Shown here piece by piece: positions 25,835-35,938 of a stretch of 64,000 nucleotides of DNA; positions within the stretch are counted from its first letter, which is position 1, and every line of letters starts with the position of its first letter. The position numbers and the translations under genes are program-made. Source of the stretch: Candidatus Saccharimonadales bacterium (GTDB lineage Bacteria > Patescibacteriota > Saccharimonadia > UBA4664 > SCTI01); NCBI GenBank assembly GCA_035479795.1, contig DATIII010000008.1:94487-158486 (forward strand). Direction: 5' to 3'. The notes beneath the pieces were generated by a model. The model was not told the DNA's origin, made no database searches, and saw only the letters and a program-made list of their open reading frames with translations.

Positions 25835-26065
25835 TTAGAGGTTTCCTAGTTTGTCGACGCATTCATCGACCATTTTTTTATCATCCGTTAACAGAGCTAG
25901 GGAAACCTTAACCCACTCGACCAGTTGGGGCAAGTCCTGATTGGTCAGCTCGTCGGGCTTCTTTTTTAAATGAAACTCGATTTGGCGATCAATAAAGCGG
26001 GGCGCGGCCGGCCCTAGGTAATTTTCAGTGATACCAACCACTTGTTGGTGCAATGTGGCATTCAT
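25835..26065 (-). CDS. hypothetical small protein
   Basis: 76 aa; start/stop coupled to neighbouring genes. Confidence 0.4.
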   Translation of the reverse strand: MNATLHQQVVGITENYLGPAAPRFIDRQIEFHLKKKPDELTNQDLPQLVEWVKVSLALLTDDKKMVDECVDKLGNL

Positions 26066-26994
26066 CAGGCCACCTCTTCGATTTTAGATAGTTGACGGGC
26101 TCCGCGGGCCAAAAATCCGTAGCCGACGGCGATTATCAACAGGAGAAAATAAACAATACCAAGTATGCCCGATAGGCCCATGGCGGCTAAGGCGGGGCCG
26201 ACGGCGGTAAGGAACTGGCCCATAATCGAAACCACCACAACGGTCGCTAGGCCGATCGCCAAGGAACTGAATGCCTGCCGGTAAATTACACCCTTAACCC
26301 GCAATCGATACTCCATTATATTGGTGGTTGCCAATAGACCGAGCAGCCAGGTAATGCCATACGGGAGCACAATGGTCAGGATAATCAGCCAGTCCGGCAA
26401 GAAATACGACGAAAACTTATTAATGTCCGGCGTATCGCTGCGGTAGCTATTACCAAACAGAGTCAAAGCATAGACGGCGGTCATTACGACTGCTATTAAC
26501 GCCGCTGCCTGTCGATTACGACGGAGCGACTTATGTTGATTAGCCCGGACCAAACTTTGACTACCCCGAAAAATCTGGAAAAAGGCCACCAGCGGCAAAA
26601 ATACGGCCACGTATTCGCTCAATATCCGCCACCCGGCACCCGCTCCCAACTGCACCATAGCGGAGTTGAAGGCCGATATCATACTGCCCACTATCAAGCT
26701 AAAAACCAAGATCAGCACACCATCGGCAAAGCGGCGAAAGTTGCCTCCCTCCTTAGTCTCCCGAAGCAGCGTAGCGTAGCGTGACACACCTAGTGAACTG
26801 TAAATGGCCAGCATCCAAATAATGAAAATGGGGATTAATAGTGACAGAATCAACAGCCGAATGTCACCGGCGCTCAGACCATAATTGGTGGCGTTGGGAT
26901 TCTGGGGTGTTACAAACGAGACAGTAGTATAAACCGCAGCGGCCACCAACCCGGCAACGTAGGGAAAGAGAGATTTATCCCCGGACTTTTGCAT
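26065..26994 (-). CDS. polytopic membrane protein, hypothetical
   Basis: 309 aa with about 8-9 TM helices; sits between the histidine kinase and the response regulators. Confidence 0.5.
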   Translation of the reverse strand: MQKSGDKSLFPYVAGLVAAAVYTTVSFVTPQNPNATNYGLSAGDIRLLILSLLIPIFIIWMLAIYSSLGVSRYATLLRETKEGGNFRRFADGVLILVFSLIVGSMISAFNSAMVQLGAGAGWRILSEYVAVFLPLVAFFQIFRGSQSLVRANQHKSLRRNRQAAALIAVVMTAVYALTLFGNSYRSDTPDINKFSSYFLPDWLIILTIVLPYGITWLLGLLATTNIMEYRLRVKGVIYRQAFSSLAIGLATVVVVSIMGQFLTAVGPALAAMGLSGILGIVYFLLLIIAVGYGFLARGARQLSKIEEVA

Positions 26995-27047
26995 GAAGCG
27001 CTTCCTTTTTTGCTAATTATACAATAGTACTAGATTTTTTAAAATGC

Positions 27048-29015
27048 TTATGGTTTGCTGGCTGGCGGTTCCAGAACGCTTTGCGCATTTGGCTTTTTCG
27101 GCGGTTCCAGGGGCAGCTCCAGTGTGAAGATAGTCCCCTTGCCTACGGTAGAGTCGACCATCAGCTTGCCGTGATGTAGTAAAACGATGTTCCGGGTCAA
27201 ATACAGGCCTAAGCCCGTGCCGCCGCGTTGAGTTGATAGCCTATTGTCAATGCGCGAGAAACGCTTAAAAAGCTTCGAAATATCAACTTTAGCAATACCA
27301 ACACCACTGTCGCTAACTACCACTTGCAGCTTTTGCTTCGATTGCGAAAGTACGACGGTGATTTTTCCACCATCGGGAGTGTATTTACTAGCATTGGACA
27401 CCAAGTTGTCTACCACCATACGGATCAGTTTCGGGTCCAACGTGGCTTTGACATCGCCGGCTGGTAGATCCAGTTCAATCTTTTGTTTGCGCTCTTTAAT
27501 CGTAAGTGTCTGCTCATCAACCGTATCCTTGACCAAACCTTTTACATCGGTTGGCAGAAAATCCGGAGTAATGCGGCCGGCATCAATCCGCGCCACGTTC
27601 AACATGTCGTTGACGATTTGGAGCTGACGCTCGTTAGTATCGTAGACTTTCTTCACAAATGATAATTGCTTTGCGGTCAGCTTGCCGGCGTAACCATCGA
27701 TTAGCATCGACACAAAGGCCTTAACACCGGTAGCTGGAGTTCGAAGCTGGTGCGAAGCCAATGACACGAATTCTTCCTTAGCCTCTTCCAGCTGCCGCTC
27801 CTTGGTAATATCACGAAACACCTCAATAGCGCCGATTGGCTTGCCCTTTAAAACCACGGGGGATACCGTAATGGCCGCCGGAAAACTGGTGCCGTTTTTT
27901 CTCCTATACAGCACGGCTTCCGTAACAACTTGACCGGTTGTCAGCGCCTTAGTAATTGGCCGATCGAGTGGGTCTATCTTTGCGCCTTCTTCATCGGCTG
28001 CCTTGATCAGCCCCGGGAACCACTTGCCTTCAACCTCTTCAGGCTTATAACCCAGAGTGGCCAAGCCGGCGGGGTTGATTCGCGATATATTTCCCTTTTC
28101 GTCGATGACTATAAGGCCCTCACCGATACTCGTCAATAAGGCCTCATCACGCAGGCGGCTAGCTTCGGCATGCACCTTCTCCTCACTGAGGTCCTCAAGC
28201 ATATTCAACATAGCCTTTTGAGTATCCTCCGGCGAAGCTGGAGTCTCCCCCGTTCTAAACTCTGCCACTGGAGCTTGATTGCCAATCGGTTTGCCCAACT
28301 GACGCTTAAATTCAATCATTTTCAATTCACGATCAACGGTTAGGCGATTGAGTTTGTCCGCCTCATTTTTAGCATGAGTAATTAATATATTCGCCTCTTC
28401 CAAACTATGAATCATGCCTGAGAGCTGCTTGTTTGCTCGCTCGAGCTCCCTACTGCGATCCTCCAGCTCAAATTTGTTGGTATCAATCAGCCGCTGATCG
28501 AGATAGACCAACACTGATACCACGATTAAACTTATGAGCATTTGTCGCAGGTTGGCTAGCGAATATGGTGTACCGACTATACCAACTGCCTCTAGCAAGC
28601 CCACCGCCACGATGTCGAGCAAGAACAAGCTCATCCAAACGGTACCGACCCGCCGGCCGTGCAAAAAATAGGCCACGACTGGGAACACGAACACCCAGTA
28701 AGTACCGGTATTTTCCAAACCTCCAACTAAAATCAGAAATGTCAGTGACACGCCCAAAATTAGTGTCATTCCCACCGCGGCCGTTTCAACCTGACGTGTC
28801 AAGCGCAGCCATAAAGCATTTAGACTCACCAAGCCGCCCAGACCTAGCTCAAACCAACCCTTAAAGGCTTCCCCACCCCATACGTGAATTACGCCGAAGA
28901 TACCAAAGACGACCACTCCTACCGGGGAAAATCTCCATAGAAGATCATAGCGCTCCCGCTCGGTCTTAGACCGTCGCCGCTCGCGCAAAACTTTTTTGAT
29001 TGCCGGGTCAGTCAT
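27048..29015 (-). CDS. sensor histidine kinase (multi-TM N-terminus, PAS domain, HisKA/HATPase)
   Basis: H-box SHQLRTPATGVKAF, N-box and G-boxes (…DSGVGI…GGTGLGL…); 655 aa. Confidence 0.85.
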   Translation of the reverse strand: MTDPAIKKVLRERRRSKTERERYDLLWRFSPVGVVVFGIFGVIHVWGGEAFKGWFELGLGGLVSLNALWLRLTRQVETAAVGMTLILGVSLTFLILVGGLENTGTYWVFVFPVVAYFLHGRRVGTVWMSLFLLDIVAVGLLEAVGIVGTPYSLANLRQMLISLIVVSVLVYLDQRLIDTNKFELEDRSRELERANKQLSGMIHSLEEANILITHAKNEADKLNRLTVDRELKMIEFKRQLGKPIGNQAPVAEFRTGETPASPEDTQKAMLNMLEDLSEEKVHAEASRLRDEALLTSIGEGLIVIDEKGNISRINPAGLATLGYKPEEVEGKWFPGLIKAADEEGAKIDPLDRPITKALTTGQVVTEAVLYRRKNGTSFPAAITVSPVVLKGKPIGAIEVFRDITKERQLEEAKEEFVSLASHQLRTPATGVKAFVSMLIDGYAGKLTAKQLSFVKKVYDTNERQLQIVNDMLNVARIDAGRITPDFLPTDVKGLVKDTVDEQTLTIKERKQKIELDLPAGDVKATLDPKLIRMVVDNLVSNASKYTPDGGKITVVLSQSKQKLQVVVSDSGVGIAKVDISKLFKRFSRIDNRLSTQRGGTGLGLYLTRNIVLLHHGKLMVDSTVGKGTIFTLELPLEPPKKPNAQSVLEPPASKP

Positions 29016-29052
29016 GGGGTAAGCATAACAGTTTTGCTATCCTGTGGCCAGA

Positions 29053-30537
29053 TTAGCGACCGAGGAATTGCTGCAAAGCCCGCGCCCGAACATCACCGAC
29101 GGCGGCAGACAACTCATCATGGCTCGCCTCTTTAACCCCACGGACGCTGCCAAATTGCTTAATTAGCTTCTTACGCGTGGCTGGGCCAATCCCCGGTACG
29201 TCGTCCAGCTGCGAAGCGGTTTGCCGCTTGCCTCGGAGTAAGCTGTGGTAGGTCACGGCAAAGCGATGGGCCTCATCACGCACCCGCTGGAGGAGCTGGA
29301 GAATGTGCGAGCTGTGGGGAAGTCTAACGACTTCGAAGTTGTTAGTTTTTTCTTCTCGTAACTTAATAATCTCCTCTTCGCGTTTGGCCAGCCCAATCGT
29401 CGGCAAGCTGACCCCAAGCTCGCTCATCACCCCCAGGGCCGCCGCCAGTTGCCCTTTACCACCGTCGATCAAGACTAAATCTGGCTTCGGCCACTGCTCA
29501 AGATTCTTGCCGCTGAATCGCCGCCGCATCACCTCGCGCATGTGCTCAAAATCGTCATTTCCGCCCTTGCGCATCTTGAACCGCCGATACTCTTCCTTAT
29601 GAGCCACACCATCCGTAAAGACAATCATGCTGGCCACATTGTCAGTTCCCTGCAGGTGCGAAATATCGTAAGCTTCAATCCGGCGCGGCAGGCCTTTGAG
29701 CTCCAACAGATCCGCCAAGCCCACCAAGGCCTGGTCACGCGATAGGTCGAATACCTCCTTGTCACCAAAAATCATTTGCTTCGATAGTGCCTGGATATTG
29801 CGTAATTGATTGCGTCGCACTGCCGCCGCCTCAAAATCTTGTTTTTTAGCCGCTGCCGCCATCTCTTTTTCTAGCTGCTTCACGAGCTTGGGCTTTTCCC
29901 CCTTGAAGTACATTTCCAGCCGACGCAAACTGCGCTTATAATCGGCCGATGTAATGGCACCAGCCTCTGGCCCCGGACACAGCCCAATGTGGAAGTGCAG
30001 ACAAGCTCGCGGCGGAGGCGGCGTCATAGAATGCGTTACATAAGGGAAAGCCTTGCGTAAATGCTTGAGTGCCTTGCGAACAGCATCACTCGAAGTATAC
30101 GGGCCAAAGTAATCGACGCAATCGTCCAATGGTCGTCGCACAATCTCCAACACCGGAAATTCATCCTGCATCGGAATGCGGATATAAATCCAGTGCTTAT
30201 CATCTTTAAGGTCAATATTGTATTTGGGCCGGTAGCGCTTAATAAACTCGGATTCCAGAAACAGCGCCTCTACCTCACTATCCACCGTAATCCAGTCAAG
30301 ATCGACAATGTCACCAACCAGCAGTGAAGTTTTGGCGTCACGGTGGCGCGATTGCTGGAAATACGAGCCAACTCGGTTTTTCAGATTAGCCGCCTTGCCA
30401 ATATAAATAATCTTGCCCTTGGCATCCTTATGGAAGTAAACTCCCGGCTCCTTGGGCAACTGCTTTAATTTTTGCACTAATTTATCAGGTTGGGACATCT
30501 GTCCTATTTTAGCATTCCATGTTTTAATATTGAGCAC
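29053..30537 (-). CDS. uvrC: excinuclease ABC subunit C
   Basis: GIY-YIG motif (GVYFHKDAKGKIIYIGKAANLKNRV), UvrC middle domain and C-terminal HhH. Confidence 0.95.
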   Translation of the reverse strand: MLNIKTWNAKIGQMSQPDKLVQKLKQLPKEPGVYFHKDAKGKIIYIGKAANLKNRVGSYFQQSRHRDAKTSLLVGDIVDLDWITVDSEVEALFLESEFIKRYRPKYNIDLKDDKHWIYIRIPMQDEFPVLEIVRRPLDDCVDYFGPYTSSDAVRKALKHLRKAFPYVTHSMTPPPPRACLHFHIGLCPGPEAGAITSADYKRSLRRLEMYFKGEKPKLVKQLEKEMAAAAKKQDFEAAAVRRNQLRNIQALSKQMIFGDKEVFDLSRDQALVGLADLLELKGLPRRIEAYDISHLQGTDNVASMIVFTDGVAHKEEYRRFKMRKGGNDDFEHMREVMRRRFSGKNLEQWPKPDLVLIDGGKGQLAAALGVMSELGVSLPTIGLAKREEEIIKLREEKTNNFEVVRLPHSSHILQLLQRVRDEAHRFAVTYHSLLRGKRQTASQLDDVPGIGPATRKKLIKQFGSVRGVKEASHDELSAAVGDVRARALQQFLGR

Positions 30538-30560
30538 GCAACTTCGACAAAGGAGCGGTT

Positions 30561-31112
30561 ATGAAAGGGCTGGCCGGATACCTGCTGCGCAAGGGCCTTA
30601 AGTCCTACCGCGTCGGCTGGGAGGCCACGATCAACGGCCACGAGTTGGCCTGGGTTGTGACCGACTACGGTCGGTTGATTTGCACCTGCGACATCAACCA
30701 AAGTGCTGACTTCGAGATTTACGAAACCCACAATCACTTCCACGATGGCTCGGAGCTGTGCTACTTCAAAGAAGTTGCTGCTCGCCTACGAGCTTTGGAG
30801 CTGCGCCGAGAGCTGGTCGGCAATCAATCCGTATACCACTTCGTCGACGAGGACCTCCAAGCCCTTGTCGACACGTTATACCAGAAATGGCTCAACCACC
30901 AGTTCATCGGCTGCAGTGATAGTGAGGATTGGGGCGCACCGGAAATCTGCGCCGTACTGGGACTTGACCCCTCAGAGCATGATGGCGACTACTTCGCTGG
31001 CGAGGAATATGAGCGCGTTAAGTCCGCCATGTCCAACGCCAAGCGAAAACTCGGAATTTCTGAAGAAGTATGCGGTAATTTTGAACAGCTACCCGGAGAG
31101 CATCATGACTAG
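30561..31112 (+). CDS. hypothetical protein (partner of the XRE regulator)
   Basis: 183 aa with no recognised motif; its stop overlaps the next start (ATGACTAG); divergent from uvrC with only 23 bp between the two start codons. Confidence 0.5.
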   Translation: MKGLAGYLLRKGLKSYRVGWEATINGHELAWVVTDYGRLICTCDINQSADFEIYETHNHFHDGSELCYFKEVAARLRALELRRELVGNQSVYHFVDEDLQALVDTLYQKWLNHQFIGCSDSEDWGAPEICAVLGLDPSEHDGDYFAGEEYERVKSAMSNAKRKLGISEEVCGNFEQLPGEHHD

Positions 31113-31425
31113 CCCCAGATCTCACGCTTTCGGCGAACTGGTGGATCATGCCCTCTGGGAAAAGGCCATGACTACTACTGAGCTGGCAAGCACGATCGGC
31201 GTTAACCCCGCCACGCTCTACCGTTACTTGGAAGGCTACCTCGAGCCGAAGGCGACTAAAGTCCTGCAGATTTGCGAGCTACTGAACCTGGATGTGCTCC
31301 ATGCATTTCACCTGCTAGGCTGGCTCCCCGATAAGTACGCCGACGAAGTCACAATCATCGCCGCTGCTCACCGCGCCGACCAGATGCTGGCCAAGCTGCG
31401 TACAATGATCGACGACCTGCCGTAA
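31106..31425 (+). CDS. XRE-family HTH transcriptional regulator
   Basis: …TTTELASTIGVNPATLYRYLEG… is a classic HTH_XRE; 106 aa. Confidence 0.65.
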
Positions 31426-31440
31426 CCAACGGCTAAATTG

Positions 31441-31482
31441 CCCACTCCAAGGAGCCTGCCTTGGGTGGGCTTCTTTATTTGG
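31441..31482 (+). terminator. intrinsic terminator (CCCACTCCAAGG-loop-CCTTGGGTGGG followed by CTTCTTTATTT)
   Basis: Imperfect 11-bp stem followed by a T-rich tract. Confidence 0.55.
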
Positions 31483-31522
31483 GCCCAGCATGGTAGCGTT
31501 AAAGCAATAATAAGGAAGCGCC

Positions 31523-31825
31523 ATGACACCCGAAGCCGCTCCTCAGCCAGCCCCCGAAAATCAATCGGAACATAAAGCTGAAGTTATTCCAATTCGGCCG
31601 GAGGCTACCAAGTGGCCCAGTGACGAATTGGCTCAGGCCGAAATGAAACTAGCCGCTACTCAGCGCTCAGAAAAAGCCAATCTGGCTCGTCCGATTAGCG
31701 AACAGGACCCGATGATGACTCAAATTAGAGAAGAAATCGTTGGCAATCTGACAGATCACATTGCCGATCTGAAGGCCAACCGCACAACCGAAGCCGAAAA
31801 ATCAGACGACCAGATCGCCGCCTGA
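31523..31825 (+). CDS. hypothetical acidic protein
   Basis: 100-aa ORF with an RBS-like AAGGAAG upstream. Confidence 0.4.
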   Translation: MTPEAAPQPAPENQSEHKAEVIPIRPEATKWPSDELAQAEMKLAATQRSEKANLARPISEQDPMMTQIREEIVGNLTDHIADLKANRTTEAEKSDDQIAA

Positions 31826-31906
31826 TTTAATCATTACAACTATTGACTTTTTAAAGTTTTTATGCTATTATTCTTGTCGCCCAAATTCGATAGAAAGGAA
31901 TTTGAC

Positions 31907-32272
31907 ATGGGCAAGAAGTTGGTCAAGCTGGTTTTGAAAAGGGCTGGCATCACGGCTACCGATCGAGCCATTGAGGCTCTTGAGGACCGTACCAACGAGG
32001 AGAATCGCCAACTGCTTCGGCAGGTCGACATCCTCTGCGGCTGTGTAGTTGCTGCGATGGTTTTGGTCGCGCTAGTAAGCGCCATTTCCATGATCAGTTC
32101 GCAGTCGCTTAGCGGCGTCGGCTTTCTGATCGGCGGCATCGCCAGTGTCTTCATGGCCCTGTGGGCCAGAAGGATGTTTCGCTGGCTGCTCCGTCTGGAG
32201 CAAGCCGGCAAGATGGCCGGGGAGATCAATGAGCTCTGCCGCAACCTATGGCAAAGCCGACACACCATCTAG
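31907..32272 (+). CDS. small 2-TM membrane protein, hypothetical
   Basis: Start taken at MGKKLVKL…. Confidence 0.45.
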   Translation: MGKKLVKLVLKRAGITATDRAIEALEDRTNEENRQLLRQVDILCGCVVAAMVLVALVSAISMISSQSLSGVGFLIGGIASVFMALWARRMFRWLLRLEQAGKMAGEINELCRNLWQSRHTI

Positions 32273-32326
32273 CCGCCCCAGGCGCAAGGTAACCAGAAGA
32301 ACGGTCCGAAATCCGTCGCCCCCTTG

Positions 32327-32359
32327 CAACGCCTCGCAACCCGCGAGGCGTTTTCTTTT
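32327..32359 (+). terminator. rho-independent terminator (CAACGCCTCGC-loop-GCGAGGCGTT followed by TTCTTTT)
   Basis: Stem followed by a T tract; lies between the cassette and the uvrA 3' end. Confidence 0.65.
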
Positions 32360-32361
32360 GC

Positions 32362-35217
32362 CTATTTAGTAACGGGTACCTTAGATTTTGTGCCCAACAA
32401 GCGGCGCAGATATTTCCCGGTATGAGAATGATGTACCTCCGCCACCTGCTCGGGAGTACCCTCGGTGATCACCGTACCGCCGCCATCTCCGCCCTCGGGG
32501 CCCATGTCGATCACCCAATCCGCCGACTTAATAATGTCTAGATTGTGTTCGATAACCAAAACGGTATTGCCGCTTTCAACCAACGCATTTAGGACCTCAA
32601 GCAACTTTTTAACATCCTCAAAGTGCAGACCGGTAGTCGGTTCATCCAAGATGTAAAGTGTTCGGCCAGTCGAGCGTCGGGCCAGCTCGGTGGCTAATTT
32701 AATCCGTTGAGCCTCCCCGCCACTGAGCGTGGTGGCCGGCTGGCCCAAGCGAATATAACCTAAGCCCACGCTATTTAGAGTTTCAATTTTACGTTTAATG
32801 GCCGGGATATTTTCAAAGAAGCTAAGTGCCTCTTCAACCGTCATTTCCAGCACATCGGCAATGGTTTTGCTTTTATAGTGGATTTCCAGAGCCTCGCGAT
32901 TGTAGCGCTTGCCCTTACACTCCTCACAGGTTACATAGACGTCTGGCAAGAAGTGCATTTCGATTTTAATAATGCCATCGCCTTTGCAAACCTCACAGCG
33001 GCCGCCCTTGACATTAAAGCTGAAACGGCCGGCCTTATACCCACGAATTTTGGCCTCTGGCGTACCGGCAAATAGTTCACGAATATCGCCGAATACACCG
33101 GTATATGTAGCCGGGTTCGAACGTGGTGTGCGACCAATGGGACTTTGATCAACGCTAATCACTTTATCGAGATTTTTCAGCCCCTCAATATCATCATGTT
33201 TTCCAGGCACATCACCAGCTCGGTGAAAGACCTGGGCCAGTTTTTTAGCCAAAATGTCATTAATCAGGCTGGATTTTCCAGAGCCAGATACACCGGTAAC
33301 CGTCACAAACTGACCCAAAGGAATCTTTACATCAACGCCTTTAAGATTGTGCTCACGAGCATTCTTAATCTCAATACTATTTCCATTACCCTGGCGCCGT
33401 TGGGCTGGCACCGGCAGCTCCAGTTTACCCGCCAGATACTGCCCAGTCAGACTGGTCGGGTGGGCCGTTACCTCATCTGGCGTGCCAGCCGCTACCACCT
33501 CACCGCCGTGCTCACCCGCCATTGGCCCAATATCAATCAGCCAGTCGGCCGTGCGCATGGTATCTTCGTCGTGCTCCACCACAATGACGGTATTGCCCAG
33601 ATCGCGCAGGCGCACCAAGGTCGAAATCAACCGGTCATTGTCGCGTTGATGCAGGCCAATCGACGGCTCATCTAAGATATAGAGCACACCCATCAAGCTG
33701 GACCCAATCTGAGTCGCCAAGCGAATCCGCTGAGCCTCACCACCAGCCAGGGTGTTAGCACTACGATCTAAGGTCAGATAATTCAAGCCAACATCGCCGA
33801 GGAACTGTAGTCGAGCGCGGATTTCTTTCATTATCTGCTGGGCAATCTTTTGATCACGTTCGTTAAAGTCAATTCCATTAAAGAAGCTGCTGGCCGCTTC
33901 GATCGATAGTGTCGTTACATCTACAATCGACTTATCGCCAACCGTTACCGCCAGCATTTCCGGCTTCAGCCGTTTGCCATTACAAACCGGGCACTGGTGC
34001 TCTGCCATGTATTTGGCAATCTCACGCCGTACGAAGTCTGAATCGGTTTCGTGATAACGCCGTTCCAAATTCGGTACCACACCTTCAAAGGTCGTGTGAT
34101 AAGTGCGACCGCCAGGACCACGCATGGTGATGCCCTCATTGCCAGCGCCGTAGAGAATAATTCGTAACTCTTCCGGCTTCATCTGGCTAACTGGCACATC
34201 TATGGAAAAGCCAAAATGTTTGGCGGCGGCTTCAATCAAACGCGTATACCAGGTAACTCGAGCTGTTGTCCTGCTCCAGGGGCGAATAGCCCCTTCGGCC
34301 ACGCTTAGGCGACGATTAGGAATAACTAGCTCCGGATCTACCTCGAGCTTGGTGCCCAAACCGGTGCAGTGAGGGCAGGCCCCATGGGGTGAGTTGAACG
34401 AAAAATTGCGGGGAGCGATGTCGGGTAAACCGACCTCACGGTGCACCGGACAGGCGTAATGTTCGCTGTAGATAGCGATCTTTTCTCCGCCGGCTGGCGG
34501 ATCGGCTTCAAGGATTTTAACCACACCCTCGCCCAGCGCCAGGGCTTGCTCCACCGAATCAATCATGCGTTGGCGCTCCTCCGCCTCCACCGTCATTCGA
34601 TCTACCACTGCCTCGACGGTGTGCTTTTTCTGCTTATCTAGGTCTGGGAATTCAGTAATATCCATGACGATGCCGCCCACTCGCACCCGGCTGTAACCGG
34701 CCTTTTTGAGTTCTTGGACGATCGTCCGATGTTCGCCCTTCTTGTCGTCAACCACCGGTGCCAGAATCATAATCCGCGTCCCCTCCGGCAGCTCCATGAC
34801 CTGTTCGACAATCTGGCCGGAAGTTTGACGAGTAACTTCACGCCCACAAATTGGACAGTGCGGTACGCCCACGCGCGCCCAGAGCAAGCGCATATAGTCA
34901 TAAATTTCGGTCACAGTACCCACCGTCGAGCGCGGATTGCGACTGGAGGATTTTTGATCAATTGAAATGGCCGGGCTCAAGCCGTCAATCTGATCGACGT
35001 CTGGCTTTTCCATTAACCCTAAGAATTGGCGGGCATAGGCACTCAAGCTTTCGACATAGCGCCGTTGGCCTTCGGCGTAGATGGTATCAAAAGCCAGCGA
35101 GGATTTACCTGATCCGGACAGTCCGGTGATAACAACTAATTTGTCACGGGGGATTTCGACATTGATGTTTTTGAGATTGTGCTCACGGGCCCCGCGCACC
35201 ACAATCTTATCCTGCAT
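32362..35217 (-). CDS. uvrA: excinuclease ABC subunit A
   Basis: 951 aa with two ABC ATPase modules ([10 protein letters not shown] / [10 protein letters not shown]) and zinc-finger Cys clusters. Confidence 0.95.
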   Translation of the reverse strand: MQDKIVVRGAREHNLKNINVEIPRDKLVVITGLSGSGKSSLAFDTIYAEGQRRYVESLSAYARQFLGLMEKPDVDQIDGLSPAISIDQKSSSRNPRSTVGTVTEIYDYMRLLWARVGVPHCPICGREVTRQTSGQIVEQVMELPEGTRIMILAPVVDDKKGEHRTIVQELKKAGYSRVRVGGIVMDITEFPDLDKQKKHTVEAVVDRMTVEAEERQRMIDSVEQALALGEGVVKILEADPPAGGEKIAIYSEHYACPVHREVGLPDIAPRNFSFNSPHGACPHCTGLGTKLEVDPELVIPNRRLSVAEGAIRPWSRTTARVTWYTRLIEAAAKHFGFSIDVPVSQMKPEELRIILYGAGNEGITMRGPGGRTYHTTFEGVVPNLERRYHETDSDFVRREIAKYMAEHQCPVCNGKRLKPEMLAVTVGDKSIVDVTTLSIEAASSFFNGIDFNERDQKIAQQIMKEIRARLQFLGDVGLNYLTLDRSANTLAGGEAQRIRLATQIGSSLMGVLYILDEPSIGLHQRDNDRLISTLVRLRDLGNTVIVVEHDEDTMRTADWLIDIGPMAGEHGGEVVAAGTPDEVTAHPTSLTGQYLAGKLELPVPAQRRQGNGNSIEIKNAREHNLKGVDVKIPLGQFVTVTGVSGSGKSSLINDILAKKLAQVFHRAGDVPGKHDDIEGLKNLDKVISVDQSPIGRTPRSNPATYTGVFGDIRELFAGTPEAKIRGYKAGRFSFNVKGGRCEVCKGDGIIKIEMHFLPDVYVTCEECKGKRYNREALEIHYKSKTIADVLEMTVEEALSFFENIPAIKRKIETLNSVGLGYIRLGQPATTLSGGEAQRIKLATELARRSTGRTLYILDEPTTGLHFEDVKKLLEVLNALVESGNTVLVIEHNLDIIKSADWVIDMGPEGGDGGGTVITEGTPEQVAEVHHSHTGKYLRRLLGTKSKVPVTK

Positions 35218-35338
35218 TCCCAGAGTAATTCCTCTCTAAAACAAGAAGTAAGTATACATAAATTTGACCGGTTTATCAAGACTTGAAGGCAAGCAAAAGG
35301 GCTCACTTTCGTGAGCCCAATCGCACCTACGCCTGTGT

Positions 35339-35857
35339 TCATCCCTGGCCGATGACGGCAGATCCATCGATCCAGGTCTTCAGCTTCGGCCATCTCACGA
35401 CGGCCAGGATCAGCATCGGGACCAGCCATAGCCAGCCGACGCCGCCGAAGGCAGTGACGAAGTAGATCAGAGGAACTACCAGTATTGAGACGATCCCATG
35501 GCAAATCACCATGTTGATCGTAACCGCCAGAGGTGAGTTCTTTGAGTAAGCCACCCCGATCCCAGTCAAAGCCAGAACCTCGCCTAGAGTGATCGCTAAG
35601 GCGACAGGGTGATCGAGCCCCAGCGGAAGCCAGAACAGGCCGGCGTACGTCCCCAGGGTGAGGACGAAGTCGCTGATCCCATCGATGTCAACATCTCCCC
35701 CTGCCTTCCCGCTCTTGCGAGCGATCGGGCCATCAATCATGTCGGTAGCCCAACTGGCGCCGGCCAGAGTGGCCGCCAGTTGGTAATTGTGCGCGACCGC
35801 CGCGACGATGATCGGTAGGGCCATGATGGCCCGGGTCACTGAAACAGCATTAGCCAT
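35339..35857 (-). CDS. CDP-alcohol phosphatidyltransferase family protein (GC-rich)
   Basis: DMIDGPIARKSGKAGGDVDIDGISD fits the D(x)2DG(x)2AR…G…D(x)3D signature; multi-TM. Confidence 0.6.
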   Translation of the reverse strand: MANAVSVTRAIMALPIIVAAVAHNYQLAATLAGASWATDMIDGPIARKSGKAGGDVDIDGISDFVLTLGTYAGLFWLPLGLDHPVALAITLGEVLALTGIGVAYSKNSPLAVTINMVICHGIVSILVVPLIYFVTAFGGVGWLWLVPMLILAVVRWPKLKTWIDGSAVIGQG

Positions 35858-35938
35858 AGCCTTGAACCCTCCTCAGGGTTGGATTGTTAGGTGCGATCGG
35901 AATACTATAGCATAAAAAGTATAAAATTACAAGAGCAG

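Noticed and set aside
33145-33675. 176-aa antisense ORF inside uvrA; similar antisense ORFs inside uvrB, ligA, tgt and the histidine kinase
   Set aside because: They are fully contained within strongly supported genes on the opposite strand, with no independent signals.
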